A stretch of DNA of 64,000 nt, taken from positions 4,712,001-4,776,000 of the forward strand of contig CM030332.1 of assembly GCA_017654855.1 (NCBI GenBank), in the 5' to 3' direction. The stretch comes from Podospora anserina. Taxonomy: Eukaryota. Both the position numbers and the translations under genes were made by a program. The notes under the pieces are model-generated. The model was not told the DNA's origin and made no database searches. It saw only the letters and a program-made list of their open reading frames with translations. This document shows, in pieces, positions 59,325 through 64,000 of this stretch (its first letter is position 1; the number at the start of each line of letters is the position of its first letter).

Positions 59325-62300
59325 ATGCCCTCCAGGAAGTTTGAGATACTCTACAAAGAGGCGCGATTGAATCTAGAGCCTGCTTCGCCATCGTCTATTG
59401 TGCAGCTCCGCGTCGCACCGCAAAGCGCCTACGGACGGGCGAGCTCAAACCGAACCAGCACCGACGACGAGAAGGGCTACCGGTCAAGGAGCCTTGCGAC
59501 TGCCTCCTCCATCTACTACCGAAAACACCACAAGTCTCCCAGAGCATTCCTCTGGCGTGTCCTCGAAAATGGCACCATTCTCAGCATTCGCGTCGCCGAT
59601 GTTTGCAAGCAGCAACAAGTCGTCGATGCGCCGTTGATTCTCAACCTTCGCTTCCCTTCTGCGATACACAGTTCATGCATCGGCTTTGCAGACCCAAAGG
59701 ATACCGATTCGTTGTGCGTCTTCGTTGTCGACCAGTCGAACCAGCTGTACTCGATCACACTGCGACCTGAGCTCTTCCGCAACAAGACAACGAGTGACGG
59801 GGGGCTGGGAGATGCTTGCCGGGTATACTCGCCGCCAGGGTTTGGGTTTAAGCACCCGCATCGCCTTGCGGTTGTCAACTCTGATCAGTTTATCGTCACT
59901 ATGCATGACGGCGGCATCTTGAAGTTTGACAGAAACAAGACACACGATGGTAAGGCCCTATGTCATATGCCTTGCTGGAACTATTGGTGCTAATTTTGTC
60001 ATGTTTACAGTACATGCGTCGCCTTGGAAAGAAACCATTTACAATGTTGCCGGCTGGGGACAAAGTCTGCGTGGGCTTGTTCCCTTCCAGCGAAACCCGA
60101 CGGTCCGATACGAAAAGATCAACATGGAGTTGACAGCGGCCGTATCGACAGCAGTGGCGACCATGGGACTCGAAAACACCGCCTTTCTATTCACGATTTG
60201 CTTAGATCACAGAATGAGGGTGTGGGATGTGCGCACAGGTTCAATCTTATATACTGGCGACATCTTGAATGCGAATAGGGATGTGCAGGATGGGTCGTCA
60301 TGGAACATCAATCCTTCGCACAGCAATCTAATCCGAATAGAGGAAGGCGCTCGTGGCGAGTGTCTGGTTACGACCTTTTCGCCTGTCGGTAACGGCGAGT
60401 TCAAGTTCTGGAAAGTCAAGGCCAACGATCAGGGGTCGATTCATGTTGCCGACTACTTCCCAGGCCAGCAATTGATTCCTCCGAGCCCATCCTCGATGGA
60501 TGTCTGGTCAATGGCCGACTTCGCCGTCATGGGCAAAACAGAAGGGCCGGAACTCTGGGCTTTGTGGAAGAACAACACCAGCTATCGCGTGCACAGGCTG
60601 CAAATACACCCACGGAACGGCAATCGGTGCTTTGATGACGGGTGGAAGACGGTTTATATTGAAAACTCGGTACCAACAGTGGAAGCTTCGGGGCCATGGA
60701 ACTCGATCGACTCCACTGAGAAATGGCTCGATCTTATCTTCTTCCCTGGGAGATTTTCCAAGGCTACGCTTGAAACTGCTCTGGCCGTTTATGAGAAGGG
60801 ACTGGGTACCTACAAGGAGACATCTTCAAGAGCGGGCAAGAGTATTGCAGAGTCCATCTGTTCTGTTCTGGGGTCCACGGCGGCATTGGGACAGACCTCA
60901 GCCGGCGGTGCTGATTACGAGCAGTTCAGGGGTACAAGCGAAACGCAGTGGATGCGGTTTTGGCGTCTTTTGCTTGAGCTTGACAAGCAAAGGGGCGAAG
61001 CTCTTGCACTGATATATGATCCGGAGGAAGAAATGGTGTGGACTGCATGCGCAGACTTGCTTGCTGCCGTAAGGGAATGCAGCGATATGGACCGTGTTTA
61101 TCACAATCTTTCGAGTCCAGAGAAGAAGGATGAGGATGTCGCTGCTCTGGTTGCTGCCGGTCTCACATTTGTGGAAGGTTTCAACGACAGTACATCCCAA
61201 CTAAGCCACGCTGCCCTTCGAGCCGAGTTGTTCCAAGAGTCTTCGCTGCCGGACAGTGAAAGGATGCAGCTGTTCCTAGATCGGGCAGGGTTTTGGTCAT
61301 CGGTCGGGGATGACGATATCGCCCAAGTCACCGACATTCTTGGTCAGAACTACCGGACAGTAACCTCTCGTCTGTATGAGGATCTGTTTGATTTGATCAC
61401 AGCCACGAGCGACGCCAACTCACAGGAGCTTAGAGAGCAATTCACTGGGTTTGGGCGGAAGGTCATTGTCCGCTCTGTTCAAGATACAGTCGAGCTTCAC
61501 CGGAGAATTCTCTTCAGTCAGCTGGTACTTCTCGTTCACATGGAGTTTGATATCGAAAATGAAGAGGAAAGCCCACTTCACTCGCGGTTCGACGTGGGTT
61601 CCATCTACCGGCGATTAATCGGGGCTCTCTCAAGACTGGAGCATCTGAGGTGGATGGTCAAGACAGAGCTAAACATTCCAGCCAGAGTTGCGGTGGTGTC
61701 TGGTGTTTCTTCTCCTCAGTTAGCCAAGCGTGGACAGGAGGAGACACACACTGTGACAGCCCTGGAGGGGCTTACAGGTCACCTCTATGGGTTGCCAGAA
61801 GATAGCAATGAGCCACTAATTTCCGCCATCACGGACCTGGTATTGGACCTCTGCGCCCCTGGCAGCACGACCATCCTCCAGACGTGCCTTCTCCAATGCG
61901 GCCTGCTCAAACATGACCGACCAGATCTTGCACTCGAGCTCAAGCCGTTCGCCGACCAGGATCCCTTTTCCATTTATATCCAAGGTCGTGTCTTCCTTGC
62001 ACACAAGGATAACGACACCGCTGCCTACTACTTCAGAAGAGCAGCCATTGGCCTCAGCATCACCATGAAGCACATGGATCGCCACAGCTCCGGCCTCCTC
62101 GACGATACAGAATGGAACCTCCTTAACAGTGGGCTCCCCAATTACTACAGCCATATCGTCTCTCTCTTCGAACGCCAAAAGGCTTACTCGTACGTCGTGG
62201 AGTTTTCCCGCCTGGCTCTTCAATTCGTGCAAACCGGTGCGCAGGACACAGCAAGCATTAAGACTGAAATGCTGAGCCGTCTGTTCACCGCCTCCACGGC

Positions 62301-63075
62301 CATCTCCCACTTTGAGGAAGCCCACTCTGCTCTCCTCCAAATGCAGGACGAAGCCCTGCAGAGATCCTACCTCCGCAAGCTCGTCGAGAAGATGTGCGAG
62401 ACGGGCCAAAACAAGCAACTCATCAGCCTCCCCTTTTCCGGTCTGCAGCCCAAGGTGGATGACATCCTCCTCGAGAAGTGCAAAGCCACCCGCGACGTCC
62501 TCAGCGGGGTACCCTACCACCAGATCCTCTACGCCTGGAGAATCAGCCACAACGATTACCGCGGTGGCGCCGCCATCCTGCTCGACAGGCTCCAAAAGCT
62601 CCGCCAGGCAGGCGAGGGCGACAAGATCAACAGCGTCAACGGCGACGCGCTGGACACGCAGGTCACGAGGCAGTATCTTCTTTTGATCAACGCGTTGAAC
62701 TGCGTGCCGCCCGAGGAAGCTTACATTCTGGAGGATGTCTCTTCCGAGGAGAAATCAACCCCCGCCGCTCCTAGAATTAACAACGGCGGCGGTGGTGGTG
62801 ATGACCTCGACGCGCAGCTGGAGGATCTCTCCAAGAAGCTCGATGTCGAGAACGTGGTGGATGGGGAGGAGGAGGAGGACGCGGCGCTGGTTGCAAAGAT
62901 GAAGTCGTTCTTGTCGAGGCCGGCGGAGGGGCAGGCGCCGAGGAAGCTGCTGACGCTGGCGGACATTAGGAAGAACTACCAGCTCGAGCTGGACAGGATT
63001 GTGGCGATTCAGAATAATCAGTTTGGTATCATGGGAGAGGGTGACGAAGACGTGGACATGATGGATATTGCTTAG
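59325..63075 (+). CDS. NUP120: Nucleoporin Nup120/Nup160
   Basis: Exon 1 59325-59949 (LYKEARLNL...PRAFLWRVL), intron 59950-60010. About 1230 aa with a beta-propeller-like N-terminus (TICLDHRMRVWD) and a helical C-terminus (YHQILYAWRISHNDYRGGAAIL). Confidence 0.9.
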
Positions 63076-63649
63076 AACAGCAACAGCAAAAACGTAGAAT
63101 TTGTAGATGGAAGGGGGGAGGGGGAGTAAGCCAAGCAAAGGGAAGATGGATGGGTACCAAGGGATGCGGCGGCGGCTGGGTGTTGGTGTTTTTTGCTGGG
63201 TCTTGTAATGAATGCTTTTTCCGATTTTGTAGTAGGGGTTTTGTTTCTTTTATTTTAAAGCTTTTTGAGGAGAATCAAAAATTGGGAGATGCCTTTTTTG
63301 TTGCCATTGTCAAAAGGCTATCCCCATTTTGCGCTTCTGCTTGTGTACACTCGGTGACCATAAGCGAACAACTACTCGGGAGGAAATCCTTGGCTGACAT
63401 TGAAGACATGACAACCCCTTTATTTTAAACTCCAAAAAACGCCCTGCCCAATGCTGGAGAAAATTATCAAACATAAGCTTTGTACAGCCAAATTCGCTAA
63501 CAGAAACAAGAATCTCCTCGCTGTCACAAAAAAAAAGCCCTCTCTCAATCCGAACTGGCCCCTTCCTTCCTTTTCCTGAACCCACAAAGCTGTCAGCAAA
63601 GGATGCCTCTCATCACCGCCATGGCCACCGCCGCCAAGTCCTGACCAAC

Positions 63650-64000
63650 TTACGCCGGCACAGTGGTAATTCTATCCTCTGTTGGGGCTGGTAGGCCATC
63701 TGGCCCGTTGGTGAGTTCCGGGGCTTGACGATACAGGATGATCTCTGATTGCTTGAAATATCTCCTCGCGTCTACCAAGTTGTTAGAAGACCAGTCACAT
63801 TGGGAGTCGTAGCGAGAAAGCTGCTTACCTTCGTCAATAAGGACGAGACTGAGGTAGTATCTCGTGGAGAACTTCTTGTTGACATCTCTGAACGTTGGTG
63901 TTAGGTCAAACCCGCCCAGGAACAGCCTGATAGGTATCGTTTCTCCTCTTGATGGCGACCCGTCCATGATCTAAGGCTGTTAGCTGTCAAAGTCCTATTT
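63650..64000 (-). CDS. VPS26: Retromer subunit Vps26, 3' part only (gene continues beyond the window)
   Basis: Exons 63970-63829 and 63771-63650, intron 63772-63828; an upstream intron runs off the window edge. IMDGSPSRGETIPIRLFLGGFDLTPTFRDVNKKFSTRYYLSLVLIDEDARRYFKQSEIILYR. Confidence 0.95.

Noticed and set aside
1..64000. Functional gene cluster, NLR/HET locus, Spok/Starship or intact transposon
   Set aside because: The genes are functionally unrelated housekeeping loci. No NACHT/NB-ARC, HET, tyrosine recombinase, transposase, reverse transcriptase, PKS or NRPS motifs were recognised.

Overview
Eukaryotic, intron-containing DNA from a filamentous ascomycete. Short GT-AG introns, CTRAY branch points and gene content suggest Sordariales, probably Podospora-like (inference). 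It is a core-genome region with about 22 protein-coding genes, reconstructed by hand across introns: SFT2-like (partial), LARP1-like La-motif/DM15 protein, small INO4-like bHLH, R/S/D-rich low-complexity protein, PRP16, PWP1, C9orf78/Tls1-like, type I membrane protein, TVP23, CitE/HpcH-like lyase, glycine-rich RRM protein, ChaC/GCG1, PEF1, metallo-beta-lactamase-fold protein, Zn-finger protein, RAD51, NUP120, VPS26 (partial) and several hypotheticals. There is also a decayed 2OG-Fe(II) dioxygenase pseudogene and several microsatellites. I saw no tRNA, rRNA, CRISPR array, intact transposon or biosynthetic cluster. The most interesting signals are in RNA processing and base composition: (1) a 5-nt micro-exon required to complete the ChaC core motif; (2) a candidate 1.1-kb alternative intron that would swap the C-terminus of the R/S/D-rich protein for 'DHRR*'; (3) a cryptic 5' splice site in the glycine-rich RRM gene resembling plant GRP7 autoregulation; (4) recurrent C/A-rich to G/T-rich strand-skew inversions every few kb. 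All family calls come from motif recognition, not database searches.
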